Positions 1 to 12,008 of a stretch of DNA of 64,000 bases are shown here, piece after piece. The notes beneath the pieces were generated by a model. It saw only the letters and a program-made list of their open reading frames with translations, was not told the origin of the DNA and ran no database searches. A program made the translations under genes and the position numbers. The first letter of the stretch is position 1, and each line of letters opens with the position of its first letter. Source of the DNA: Paraglomus brasilianum (lineage: Eukaryota); NCBI GenBank assembly GCA_910592345.1, contig CAJVPI010000009.1:1-64000 (forward strand), in the 5' to 3' direction.

Positions 1-1442
1 TGATCTTGCCATTAAACTTATCGGAACTTAGGCATCAGGATTTCTATTTAATTGCATGTTTAACGCGCGTTATTATTTATAAACTTTCCCCGTCGATAGA
101 TTTTTGTTAATAATCCCTAGCGAATCATAATCGTTGTTTGACTCGGAGGTTAAATAGAATCCAGAGAATAAGAAAGCGTATACAGATAGTCGGATTGTAA
201 ATCCGTGAGTATTGATAAATCTTATTAAAGCTACTAATTGGATAGAGGTTTAGCGATAGTAGGAACGAGCCTAAGAGTTCCGTTGGAAGACGACTAAATC
301 CCAAGGTCGTTACACGAACGCTCTGCTACAATAAGCTCCTTCACGACAATCGCTTCAGTGGCGAAATTGCATCGCTTGCCACAAGCTAATAAAGTTTTAT
401 AATAATTCGTATATTAGGGTTGATTGACAATTCGGTCAGTTTAGATTTCATTTCATCGATAGTTAGATATTTATTGTGTTTAAACCAGTAAACACGTCAA
501 CTCTGCACGAATGTTGCTTGCAAATTTTTGTATAAGCCTGCTGGATATGAGTTTTATGGAAATAAATGTGTATAAACCAGCCACTCTTGAACAAGCAAGA
601 AAAGTAAATGAAGTCTTAAAATAAAGTAATTGCTAATTACATAATAAACATATATACATCGAAATTGCGAAGGTTATAATTTTACATTTCCATGCAATTG
701 ATTATTTAAACAGGGTAACCCATTTAAATAATGCCTTCCGTATATTTAATATCATGTTATTAATAGTGTCCTTGCGGATTCTGAACGCTAAGAGATAATT
801 GGATAGGGAATGCGGTAAAAACGATACGCGAGATTGCTAATGATCCCTGGACATTCACAGACGCAGTACTGATTGCTTATTAATACAAATCGCGATGGTA
901 CAACATAGAAATAACAGAGGATATCGAAATAATTCAAGTAGTTTGGACACAACTGCATCAGCATGAAGCTGATTTTCACAATCGTATAGGGAAGAGAAAG
1001 TCTTTATTTTGTAGAAAAGGGCTTCGGTGGTATCAAGAATGAAAACAGGGAAAGAAAAACTTTCATCCGGATAAACTTTATATAAATTGGGCTCTCGTAT
1101 AGGTTTGGCGTCCGGTCAAAAAAAAAAAAGTATGCCATCGACTGCTTGGAATTCCAAACGAATTTATTGTCGCCGAAAGACTTGTTCAACTTACAAACAT
1201 GAGGCGTGATAAGGGGTTGGCTTGTCAATAATCGGTCGAGCTGGATATCTATTAAGCGCATCTATTGATTGAAGACTCTGTTAACATATATCAACATGAT
1301 GCCGGAAAACGTCAGGCAATGCTTACCCTCACTCACTCCGAGAAATCGAATTATGTTAGGGTGATCACCAACCTTGCGATGTATTTTAAGCTATAAAGAA
1401 AAATAACTGTAAATCAAGAAATACTAGCTAATGCACAGGTGA

Positions 1443-1763
1443 CTATAGAAAAGAAAATAAAGTATTACCTCTTTGGAGTAAAATACCTTCATTTTTAGCG
1501 ATCATCTCGTTTGATGCGATAACGCCTTCAACAATATTATCGCTTGAAGGTGTGGCTTCACGAGGACGTCCAGAACGAGGTGCATCTTCAATGCTTGATT
1601 GCCCAGCCTCAAATGCTTCAACCCAGCGGTATATGGTACGCTTAGGTAGCGCTTTATCCCCTTCAGCAGCTATCAACTCTTTGTGGATGTCGTCGGCTCC
1701 TTTACCGTTCTTCCAGCACGCCCAGGTATAGTATCTTTGATTTTCGTAAGTAGAATGTTGCAT
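1443..1763 (-). mobile_element. mariner-type transposase N-terminal HTH fragment (truncated, no DDD domain)
   Basis: ORF reads ...ADDIHKELIAAEGDKALPKRTIYRWVEAFEAGQSSIEDAPRSGRPR, the Mos1-type HTH ending in the RSGRP motif; similarity stops after about 75 aa. Confidence 0.8.
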
Positions 1764-2347
1764 AGTTCTTAGCAGACCAGCTCAAGAAAAATTTTTTCTC
1801 AAAAGTCATCAAATCGGAATTTGCACATAATTGAATGTTACTCAAACTTACATATAAGTAATCGTACAGGGATTTAAACAATTATATACTGTACATTGGC
1901 ATTAGGTGAATGGGAATACCAAAATGGCAGTGTCTGATGATAATAAACGACTTAATAAGCACTATATTCAGTCTGTTACTGCATCACATCATTGATAACC
2001 TTATTACTTTCATAGAGGATACAAACGCAAAGGTGTATGGGTCGCTCTCACTCCCACGCAATAAAGAGGATGATATGTATCTTAAATGACCTTGACTCTT
2101 TCAAGCTGAGAATCGTTGTAAGTCGAAAGGGTTAGTGGCGTGCGCGAATTTCCTGCGAATTTCTTTGGGTTGAATACGGCTGTAGAATGTTATGGATGCT
2201 TTTCGTGCACATATAATTATTACATCTTGAAAATTGCTGGTAATTCTCCGCCGTAATAATTAGTCAACCGTATGATCAAGACGTTTATTTATTAAATTTA
2301 CTATGATGACGTGTCATTCAAAATTAAAATAATAAAGGTTATTGCAT

Positions 2348-2876
2348 TACACAGTCAGACTCGTAAGTCGGCCAACCTATGTAAATTCTCGGTCGGCCAA
2401 CGGCTTAGTTCGATAAGTCGGCTTCACGTGACAATTGGTAAGAATACAGTTTCTTCAATTTAATGATTAATTGTCCAATACAATACTTACACAAATACTT
2501 ATAATCAACCAAAGAGCTAAACATCATACGATTAAAGTCATACGATTAAAGCAGTAAACATATCGTTAGAATCATACGATAGACATGCACTAGACATGTC
2601 ATTAGATCATACGATTAAAGCAATAAACATGTCGTTAGAATCATACGATCAAAATACTAAGATGTTGTCGGGAATGAAAGATTTACGTCAGATAAAAAGA
2701 AAAGTCGATTCTCTAAGACAAGCTAATCTGCAGGATTATTTTGCAATGTAATTATATTAACGTTAGTGTATTAATAAACGGTTTAATTAAATGTATATCT
2801 TCGATCACATGGTTTTCGATAAGTCGGCCATTTGAGGCGGGATACTGTTGGCCGACTTATCGAGACTGACTGTGTA
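2348..2876. mobile_element. MITE with ~29-bp TIRs, TA-flanked
   Basis: Left end tacacagtcagactcg-taagtcggccaac; right end gttggccgacttatcgagactgactgtgta (near-perfect reverse complement). Subterminal ttcgataagtcggc copies at ~2410 and ~2815. No coding capacity. Confidence 0.85.
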
Positions 2877-3770
2877 TTCACTTTTAACTAATTTAGAAAG
2901 CGTTAGCTGTCCAAGGGGTAACTCGATTCATCGAATATATGTAATACGAGAACAACTATTAATAATTTTACGACATACAGGTAATTTTTTTAGCATGTTC
3001 TGAAATGGTATCCTATGCTGGTTAACAATAACAATTGCCATTAGTAACCGTGATTATAACAATGTCGTGTATCGATTAAATAAAGTACTTTGTTAACAAT
3101 GCGATCACCTAAAATGGGATTATAAAGGAGGTATTTTTGTACAATGAAAACTTTGTAATTTGCTGCATTCCACTTCGATTGCTTCGATTGCTATCATAAC
3201 GTAAATTTGCATACCTATTAAAATATGCTCAGCGAAGATATATAAATCATTCGACTGGCAATTCGATCATGCCCATTGACAAATTTAAAACCACATCAGA
3301 TTTTACGTCGGGTTGGAAATAAATCCGCTTCACAGAGCTCAGTCTTTGTCTTTATATATGACACAAAGTCTGTCCTTATGTTTAGCCAGAAACACCCCCA
3401 ACCCGACCGACATAGTGTGCATGCAAAGTCTTTATTGTTTGTCACACTGATAACAACAATATAAATTCAACGAGAAGGCAGTAGAGACGGAATCCCTTTC
3501 GTGTTTAAAGGGTTTCATTATAATGATCAACAGTAGTATGCAAAACAAGAATTGGGGATCGTTATTGTTTTTGATAATGTTGGTAAGAGCACAAACTAAC
3601 CTGGAATGCAGATCATATGGGTGATCAATTCATATGATAAATACCTAAAAAAATGTTTACTTTTTAGATGAGCATAACAAGTGCTCAAATGCTAACTGGC
3701 AGTGTCGCATTGCCAACTCTAAATACATGGTAGGAAAAAGGCGTGTTTCAAATATCTAAAGTCGATCGTT

Positions 3771-4604
3771 ATGGTAATAATTGTTTATTGTTATCATTGC
3801 CCTTTCTCAATTACATCAAACAAAGGTACCTGTGCTCTAAACAACCAACAGATAAGATTGGTAACTAAACCCTTTTATTTTTATTTTAAAGCTTGCTTTT
3901 CACTTCATATTCACATACTCATCTCTCTTACATTACCTTTTTAGCCTATGTAGTCACATACACAACTGTTGCTACAACCTCAACACCAGGCTTTGGTACA
4001 ATTGTCCAGCATATCAAGATTAGTCCCAATTTGACTGCATCAACAGGTCTTCTCAGCGCTGTTCTGCAAGTGTCCGAGCTTTACAAGTATATGAGTGATC
4101 AATACAACGAATTCTTACCTCCCTATTCATGGTAAGTAAGATTTCCTGTGAGGTTGTGAAGGGAAGGGGTGGGGAGAGGGGTTTGATATGCACTCGAGGT
4201 GAATGTGTGTACAAATACTGTTTACAAAATAACCATGTCCTTTTCCTCTATCCTTGGAAAGCTGCTGCGACGTGCGTGTAATCGACTGTGTTATAGGCAG
4301 TAGTCTCCCTCCATTACCCACGAAGGATATTTACTGTCTTACCGTAAGAAACCCTAATGCCTTCACGTCCTATGCCAACATCGGGATCTCATTTGATCAA
4401 GTTGTATCTACCACAACACCGCCACCACCATCTCCGACGCCGACAACATCGAACATATCATCATCAATATCGACAACATCTCCATATATCCCTACAGTAA
4501 CAGTCTCAATTACGGCTGGAAGTAACAAGGTTGAATGGAACTGTACGAACGTTCTTCTGCTTGGGTTAAGCTGGATCATTTGGAAATCATTTTTATTATT
4601 GTAA
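3771..4604 (+). CDS. putative secreted/GPI-anchored Ser/Thr-rich surface protein (spliced; 5' exon uncertain)
   Basis: ORFs 3893-4135 and 4254-4604 join through a GTAAGT...AAG intron (4132-4261). Cys-containing domain, then an S/T/P-rich stalk and a hydrophobic C-terminus (VLLLGLSWIIWKSFLLL). Confidence 0.45.
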
Positions 4605-4982
4605 AGGATTCTTCAAGAGGATATCTATTTGTGTAATACTCGAATTAATGATAATTGATAATATTAATATCAAGAACTAAATGTATGCGCTGATCGATGG
4701 TAACAACTGAGTTGGAGAATTGTCTCGTTTAATTGAATACAATGTGTACAAGACTTTTCAAAGAGTTCGAGTGAACTTTGCAAATAAATGCCCGATTCAA
4801 GTTGAAACAAGTGGCCAAATGTAATTGCAAAATGAGACATTTATTTGTCTTTCGTTTAGAGGATTGTATTGTAAATACACTAATATGACATGGCTATCGA
4901 ATAGATTCTTTCCCCAATGCATCATTACACGATTTGTATATAAACATAATCTATATATTTAATCACCCTTAAATGTACGTAT

Positions 4983-7900
4983 CTAGGACAAATGTGAACC
5001 AACGCTGTCGCCCCGACCTTTCGACGACCGTCGAAGAAATTCCAATTCAGTCTTTACAGCGCTCAGTTCTGTTTGTGCAGAGCGCAACTTGAACTCCAAC
5101 ATCGATTTCCTTGCATTCTCTCGCAGCAGTGTTTCATTGGCTGTTTCTAAACGAGCGTTCTCCAGTTGTAATTGTTCTTTGCTTTTACTAGACTCGTCTT
5201 CCTTGAATTTCTCATTTTCGCCTCTAAGTGCTTCAATTTCCTTGTTCAATTCATTATATTTCTTCTCTAGGTCCTGCCAATCTATTGTCTTTGCATTAAG
5301 TGACAACTCTAACCCGTTATTCTTTTCCTTCTCGTTCTGAATCTCAGTCTCCAATTCACTTCCTTTCTTAATCAGCTCATCAATCCTAACCACGTATTCT
5401 GCTATTTCCGGCGCAGGCGTTTCATTCTTGGCTTGTCCGGTTGTTTGTCCGGTTGCTTGTCCGGTTGCTTGTCCGGTTGCTTGTTTAGACTCTGTATTCT
5501 CAAGACGATTCTTAAGACTAGTATTTTCTGCATTTTCTTTTTCGAGACGAGTCTTTAGATCGATATTTTCAGTGTTTATTTTTTCATGACGATTTTTAAG
5601 AGCTTCATAAGCCTTGTATAATTTCTCAAAGTTCTTGACTTTATTCTCAGCAGCAGTAGCTCGCTTCTCCAATTCCTCAACTTTTTTCATCACTTCATCT
5701 CGCTCTTGAACTGCTTTAACTTTATCTTGACGTACTTGTTTGAACTGAGCTCCAAATGTCTTCATCTGCTCGCGCTGATTTCCAAACGCAGTTCGATACT
5801 TATCACGCTCCTCGGTCACCGTCTTCAGATCTGCCTTCAGTTTTTCAACTTCCGCTGGATCTGTCACTTTGCCGGTAGCTATCAGACTTTGCAATCGAGC
5901 CTTGTATGCACTTTTCTGCTCGTTTGCCACACGCAGTTCCTCCTTGGCAAGATTAAGTTCAAGTTGAATAGAACTAAACTCCTGCTCAATACGACGTCTT
6001 TCTGCCTCTGTCTCCTTGGCTGTATCACGAACCTCGTTCATGGTGGTCAACGTATTTTCGTTCTGAACAGTTAACTCGTGTAATTTTCTTTCTGCCTCTG
6101 CGTATCGCTCGTTTACTGATTGAAGATCAGTCTCCACCTTCACAAACATATTTTCGCGATCCTCATTGTACTTTCTCAGCGCTTCATAACGCTCCTGGAG
6201 AGAGTCGTACTGAGCTTTATGTCGCTCGAGCTCCAAATTGAGATCGATAATCCTTTCGTTAGCAGCATCATGTTCCCGGCGCAAATGGTCAGTTAGCTGT
6301 ACCAAAGCGTTTGGTGCTTCACCTTCAACTGTCGTGCTTGTTTGAGCATCTTGAAGTGACTTGTGCAATAGCTCAGCTTCCGATTTCAATGCCTGATATT
6401 GCTGTGATAATAATGCCATCTGCTGTTCGAGTGCAACTTTGTTATTGTTCCATCGTTCAGCATCAACACGTGACTGCGCCTGCAGTTGTTCCAATTGTTG
6501 CTCCAATTGCGAACATTTGTTAGCCAATTCATGGCCTTGCTGCACGGCACTTGTATACTCAAGCTGCACCGCTTGTTTGCTCTCCTCCACCGAACGCAAT
6601 TGATTTTTATGTTGTTCAAGCTCTTCTAGAAGACGTGTCTCCTGTTGTCGAGAATTCTCAAGCGCCTGATTCATATCCTGCTCCTGCGATGTCCATCTAT
6701 TACGATCATTATTAAGCTCTTCTGATTTTGCATTCAATTCCGCCTGCAATTGTTCGACGCTCGATTTCAGAGTATCAGCCTCGGTAATCTTTTCCGACAA
6801 CTCTGCCGAAGTGGTCTCGTACTTGGCTTGCACTTCGTCGCGCTGCTTGCATGCAGCTTCTGCTTGAAGTTCCTTCTCTTTAGCGGTAGTTTGCCAGGTT
6901 TCAAGACTTTGATTTAGTCGCTCAATATGGCCGCGCGCCTTGCTGAGACGCTCCTGTAATACAGCAATGTTGCGTCCTTGATCACTTGCTTCATACTGTT
7001 GTACCTTGAAGGAATAGTCCGAAATCGTATCTCCGAGTGTCTTGATGGTTTGCTGCAATTCGCTCTTCTCTCGCTGAAACCCGGCTATAGTCAACTGTGA
7101 TGCATCAAGCTTTTGTTGAAGTTCAGTTTCCTTTTGTAAAACCTGATTTATCCGTGTTTCTTGTTCATATAGTTTCTTGTTCAATCTTTCGGGTTCTTCA
7201 CGAGCCTTAGCCTTAAGCTCTTCTTGTAGAACGAGAGTGATATCAAGTTTCTCAGATGTAAGACGCAACTTCTCGTCAAGTGACTGACTCTTTGTAGAGA
7301 GCTCTTGATTCTGTTGTTCGAGTGATGATATCTTGTTATTTGCAATCGTAAGATCTGCTTTTGCTTGATCAAGAGCACTTTGCAGGTCTTCTCTGCGTGG
7401 CGCGCGTTCAAACAAGACGGATTGCAAATTATTGAGCTGCTTATGCAATTCTTGGCTTTCACTACGCAGCAGATTTTCAGCGTCGGTCAGCCGCTTAACA
7501 GTGGCCTTGTGTTCGTTAGCAATGGCCTCCATTTCAGTAAATCGCTTTTGATGCCACTCAAGATCTCGCGTATACTGCTCGGTTTGAGTCACCATTTGTT
7601 TCTTCAAGTGTTCAATCTCATATTGAAGCATAGGCACACGATTCTTTTCATCCATAAGAGCATGGACTTTTTGATCCAACTTGTCACGCTCTGTAGTTAC
7701 ATCGCGAAGTTGTTGTTTAGTTGTCACGTAAGCAATCCTGTAAGTTTGAAGAGCTTGAGAAGGAGCTGCTGAAGATAAAGGCGTTTCAATAGACTGCAGT
7801 TCTTGTGATGTCATGCCTTGTGGCGATTGCGAGCGAAGGGTGCTTAGTTCTGCCTTGAGCCGCTCACATTGTGCCTGAAGCACGGTATTTTCGTTAATTG

Positions 7901-9449
7901 CATTTCGAACAGATTGGACCTCACTTTCCAATGTTTTTATACGTTCCGAGAGATTTTCGTTTTCTGATTTCAACTGCAGATTTTTCTCAAATATTGTTTC
8001 AAATGCTTCCGAGCTTGTGACTTCTCCCATATGCATTGTTGAAGATGTGCGAGTACCACCCTGACTCTGTATTTGTTGCAATAAGGACAAAGTAGTCTCT
8101 ACACTTTCCTGCTTCTCTGTCTTTAGTCTTTTCGCGTCTCGTGTTAACTCTTCGATCTTTGTTTCATATGTAAAAACTTTTTCGTGAGCGAGCCTTAAGG
8201 CCTTTTGTACATTGCGCAGCTCTTCATTTAGCTGTGTATTATCGTTAATAGCTCGTTCCAATTGTTCTTGACGGCTATCTAGAGCGGGCTTGTATGCTTT
8301 GAGGTCAGCAAGAACCCGTTGTAGCGTCGAATCAAGTTCGGCGGTACGCTGAGAGGATTCAGCTAGTTTCCCTTCCATAGTTGTGTAAGCTCGCAAAAGG
8401 TCAACAACAGACGAAAATCCACGTTGTTTTAGAGAATCATAAGTAGCAGTAGTCGAGGAAGTGTTCATACCAAGTACAAGATTCTGGTTGGCCTGATCCA
8501 GTTCAGCACGTAAGCGCAAATTGTTCTCTTTCTCTTGCTCCAACTCTTTTCGAGATTGTTCGAGTTGCGTCTGTAACTGTACGTGAGAAGCTTCGTTAGC
8601 GATTTCTTTCTCGGCAACGTCTTGTTTAAGGTGCTCAAGTTCCTTCATCAAATCCTCGAAATCATTACGATCATTCTCTGTCTGCTCTTCGAGACGCTCA
8701 TTACGACTTTTGACTCTTGCCAGTTCGCTTTCCAGTATAGTATTTTGTCGTTTCAATGACGCCATGTCTTCACTCTGAGCAGCGGTAGTGGCCTTTAGTT
8801 CCCGATCCTTTTCGATCAAATTTGCGCGCATTTGCATTACTTCACGTTCAGCGTCTGTGGCACGTTTACGAATTTCGGCATTCTCTTTTCCTAATTTTTC
8901 TAATTCTTCACATTTCTCTTTGTATGACTGCTGGATCTTGGTCATAAACTCTAATTGACGTTCGCGCTGCGCTTTTTCTTGCTCGAGATTTGTTTTGAAA
9001 TCTTCAATTTGGCGTTCGGCTTTGTTCTTGCTCAAAAGGGCTTGGGTAATCTCTGATTCCAGCTTTGCTGTCTTACTTTGTGCTTCTGTACATGTTTCAA
9101 TATATTTGGTTTTTTCGCCACTGAGAGCCTCGATTTGGTGATCTTTTTCTTGTAGTCTTTTCCGTAGTTCAAGCAAATCTTGATGGTGGTTACGAATCGC
9201 TTCCTCCGCTTGCTCGAAACGCAAAGTTAAATCCCTATAAAGTAGTTCTACCCCTGACTTTTCATTAACAGTAGTTTCCATTTGCTGTTCTACTTCATGA
9301 TACTTTATTGATTGCTCTTTTAAAGCTATTGATAATACTTTTACTTGGTTTTGTAATTCGTCAATTATAACACGAAAGGTGCTGTTCATTTCCATCCTCA
9401 CATCTTCCAACCGGTAATTGGATTCTTCTCTTGTGCTTGACTCGGCCAT
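4983..9449 (-). CDS. MLP1: Tpr/Mlp1-like nuclear basket coiled-coil protein, intronless, ~1488 aa
   Basis: Long coiled coil with Tpr/Mlp1-like blocks GFSSVVDLLRAY...LQRVLADLKAYKPALDSRQEQLER and LTDHLRREHD; first ATG at 9449. Confidence 0.72.
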   Translation of the reverse strand: MAESSTREESNYRLEDVRMEMNSTFRVIIDELQNQVKVLSIALKEQSIKYHEVEQQMETTVNEKSGVELLYRDLTLRFEQAEEAIRNHHQDLLELRKRLQEKDHQIEALSGEKTKYIETCTEAQSKTAKLESEITQALLSKNKAERQIEDFKTNLEQEKAQRERQLEFMTKIQQSYKEKCEELEKLGKENAEIRKRATDAEREVMQMRANLIEKDRELKATTAAQSEDMASLKRQNTILESELARVKSRNERLEEQTENDRNDFEDLMKELEHLKQDVAEKEIANEASHVQLQTQLEQSRKELEQEKENNLRLRAELDQANQNLVLGMNTSSTTATYDSLKQRGFSSVVDLLRAYTTMEGKLAESSQRTAELDSTLQRVLADLKAYKPALDSRQEQLERAINDNTQLNEELRNVQKALRLAHEKVFTYETKIEELTRDAKRLKTEKQESVETTLSLLQQIQSQGGTRTSSTMHMGEVTSSEAFETIFEKNLQLKSENENLSERIKTLESEVQSVRNAINENTVLQAQCERLKAELSTLRSQSPQGMTSQELQSIETPLSSAAPSQALQTYRIAYVTTKQQLRDVTTERDKLDQKVHALMDEKNRVPMLQYEIEHLKKQMVTQTEQYTRDLEWHQKRFTEMEAIANEHKATVKRLTDAENLLRSESQELHKQLNNLQSVLFERAPRREDLQSALDQAKADLTIANNKISSLEQQNQELSTKSQSLDEKLRLTSEKLDITLVLQEELKAKAREEPERLNKKLYEQETRINQVLQKETELQQKLDASQLTIAGFQREKSELQQTIKTLGDTISDYSFKVQQYEASDQGRNIAVLQERLSKARGHIERLNQSLETWQTTAKEKELQAEAACKQRDEVQAKYETTSAELSEKITEADTLKSSVEQLQAELNAKSEELNNDRNRWTSQEQDMNQALENSRQQETRLLEELEQHKNQLRSVEESKQAVQLEYTSAVQQGHELANKCSQLEQQLEQLQAQSRVDAERWNNNKVALEQQMALLSQQYQALKSEAELLHKSLQDAQTSTTVEGEAPNALVQLTDHLRREHDAANERIIDLNLELERHKAQYDSLQERYEALRKYNEDRENMFVKVETDLQSVNERYAEAERKLHELTVQNENTLTTMNEVRDTAKETEAERRRIEQEFSSIQLELNLAKEELRVANEQKSAYKARLQSLIATGKVTDPAEVEKLKADLKTVTEERDKYRTAFGNQREQMKTFGAQFKQVRQDKVKAVQERDEVMKKVEELEKRATAAENKVKNFEKLYKAYEALKNRHEKINTENIDLKTRLEKENAENTSLKNRLENTESKQATGQATGQATGQTTGQAKNETPAPEIAEYVVRIDELIKKGSELETEIQNEKEKNNGLELSLNAKTIDWQDLEKKYNELNKEIEALRGENEKFKEDESSKSKEQLQLENARLETANETLLRENARKSMLEFKLRSAQTELSAVKTELEFLRRSSKGRGDSVGSHLS
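5431..5484. repeat. 12-bp tandem repeat (gcttgtccggtt) x~4.5 encoding QATG repeats
   Basis: Direct inspection; the protein reads KQATGQATGQATGQTTGQA. Confidence 0.9.
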
Positions 9450-9765
9450 TTTCAACGATTAGACTAAAAGGACACACGTAAAAAAAGCTATTAATTTAAA
9501 CAGAGCGATCGTAAACAAAACTTTCTAAAGCGGGGTTCGCCGAACGATGAGGCGTCCGCCAAGCTTGGCTCTTTTTCTAGCAGGCAACTTTAAAGACGCG
9601 GAAAGGAAATAAAAAGTGAAGGTGTCTCGTAGATCGCAGTCTGTTTGTATTTTTGTAAAAAGTCAAAATGTCAACAATTAATGATATAACGAGACTGTAT
9701 CACGTTGACGGAGTTTTATTGGTTGACACGAGATGGTAATTATTATACCACGAGCATTATCATAA

Positions 9766-10529
9766 TTAGACAAGATATCTATAGGCAAGGTAGACGACAA
9801 TGGCTACGATTGGCAGGGCATAAGAACCGATGCCACTGTTGTTGAGAAGAAGAGGAGAACGGGGGAGTCGGATTAGTAATTATTAGGAGGATCGTAATGT
9901 TGTTGTATTGGACGACAGTCAAGGAAGAGAAATATCCAAAGCATTATATATCTATATAAAATAGTACCTTGATGCTTGTGGCTGGGGAATAACCGTAGGG
10001 TAGTTTTGTGCGGGCGGCTTTTTCGGAGATGTTTCTCCCTAGTAAATTTAACTTTGTATTAAATAACACCGTAATCAAAACCAATCAACAAAGAACTGTC
10101 AACATCTATAAATAGTGTTGTTGACTTAAAATCTCCATTGATTGCCACACTTACTGGCTTCATGTTACCAACAAGCAATGTTTCTAGGATAGCAAGAGCT
10201 TCATCGGAATGGCCGACACCTTCAAAAGGCTCTGTAGCGTCTTTACCTGCTACATCGAGAAGAACTTCTTCCCCACCCGGGTGCTGTTATATAGCGAATG
10301 TATAAGTATGTGATTTTATTTTACGGGAGCTAAAAGTTGAGTTGTGGTATTGAAATGGAGTTATGACCTTTCCGTTCTTTTTTTTCTCTTCTCTTCTGCA
10401 AATTCAACTAACCTCATCAATAAATTTCGACACATCGTAAACTTTTCCTAGAATAGAGATGTATAGAGATTTCTTTGTGTTATGAGCAGATAATTCTTCG
10501 TAAGTGAATTCTTTCGTCGACTCGGCCAT
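9766..10529 (-). CDS. CYB5: cytochrome b5, tail-anchored, 4 exons
   Basis: Spliced translation [68 protein letters not shown]...|...|[26 protein letters not shown] heme motif; GT-AG introns. Confidence 0.95.
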
Positions 10530-12008
10530 TATATTATGTCAACGGGAATATTCTACAATATTTGAGCTGACGTTGAAAGTGTACGCAGAAAGAGAAAATG
10601 TGCGGGGGTATTGTCAAATGTGACTTGGTCCAAATATAACTCCGGCTCGGCGATCATCCGAAATCTACCCCAAATTCTTAATAAAATTTAGTTAGCTCAT
10701 TATTTGATTCCCTGATAATAATGAAATATGATTAAGACGTGGATTCAAGGGGAAGCTTGACGTACTCGGGGTGTGATGTACTGTTTTTTGCTTTAAGCGA
10801 TTCCACTTCTTTGCTCTAGGTTAGATGAACGGAATGAACTTGTTACTATTGATAATTGCAGGGGTGACCGCAAATACAAATTTCCTGGGCCAAAGCAGAC
10901 ACCATATTAATATTAATATTAATATACGTATCTAAATTTAGACTTTTTTTTTCAGGGGTATACCTTTACTACATACGGGGAGGTCAATATTGCTATCGAC
11001 CTTCTCTTCGAGGCACGAGAGAGACATTGAATGCACCGTAGTTTACTTCTACATACGGCTACTGCATCTTTAATTAATCCGTATAGAGTGATAGTAACGA
11101 GAACTAACTGAAAAAACAAAACAAACCAAACCAAACCAGCCCATGTTGTATAATTCAATTCCCTTTCTTTATGGTTGGAATACAAGTTATCACGTCTGTG
11201 GATGCAGTTTTTTTTTTACGTGAAACATAGCTCCACATGTGAAGTAGTCTCAATATCTGAGCTGTACAAATATTGAAAGGAATTAGATCCTATTTGCTGT
11301 GTAAAATGTTCCTAATTTTTTGATTGGTTTCCCTATTGCTGACATTAATTTTTGTCTTCCTTTTCGAGGAAAAGGTAACAAGTCTATAATCTTTCCAAGT
11401 CTTAATGACTTCGATTTCCACATCAATGTAACTCGAAAACTGTGTGTCTGGGGCATGCCCAAGGGCTTCCACGATCTCGCGGGTGCTTTTCGCTCGTCTT
11501 TTTTAGGATAATTGGTTAGTAGAGTGCAGAGTTTATAAAGGCCCTCGTTCGAAATCTGTCAGCTCACGTTTTTAAGACTCAAAGTGATTCTTAAGGCGTT
11601 GATGATTGTGAAAAGATAAATGACACGTAAATAAAAATATCGGTTGGCTATTTCTATTGGGAAGTTACACGAACCACGCTACTGATATTAAATGCGGGTT
11701 TAGCGGACCATCCAAAATAGGTCTTGTTCTAGTCTGAAAAAGGTCTCTGCCAATTTAGAAAATTACCGTCTTCACGTGTTCGATTGCTCAATTTAGTACT
11801 CAGTTTGTACAAAAAGAATTCTGAAAGCAACTTGTCATAAGCCAAAAATGGTTAATTAATAGGAAATACAGATTAATTTATGGTAAACCACGAAGGAATG
11901 TTAGTATCGGGATATAGAGGTCACTATTTTTATAGATCGGTAGAAATCTATTAGATTGTCCTATATGATCTTTCGAGTATTCATTGCGATCGCCTATATT
12001 TTAATTCA

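Noticed and set aside
2522..2652. CRISPR-like repeat array
   Set aside because: Repeats are 9-15 bp with related spacers, inside a eukaryotic MITE, with no cas genes.
5089..7772. Several short ORFs overlapping the coiled-coil gene (and similar ones over other genes)
   Set aside because: Antisense or alternate-frame shadows of real coding sequence, with no independent motifs.
9439..10529. The MLP1-like and CYB5 genes both begin atggccgagtc (MAES)
   Set aside because: Only 11 bp with no flanking similarity; consistent with chance and start-codon context bias.
10952..11472. Two short minus-strand ORFs, one with a hydrophobic segment
   Set aside because: Non-ATG starts, no convincing splice model and no recognisable family.
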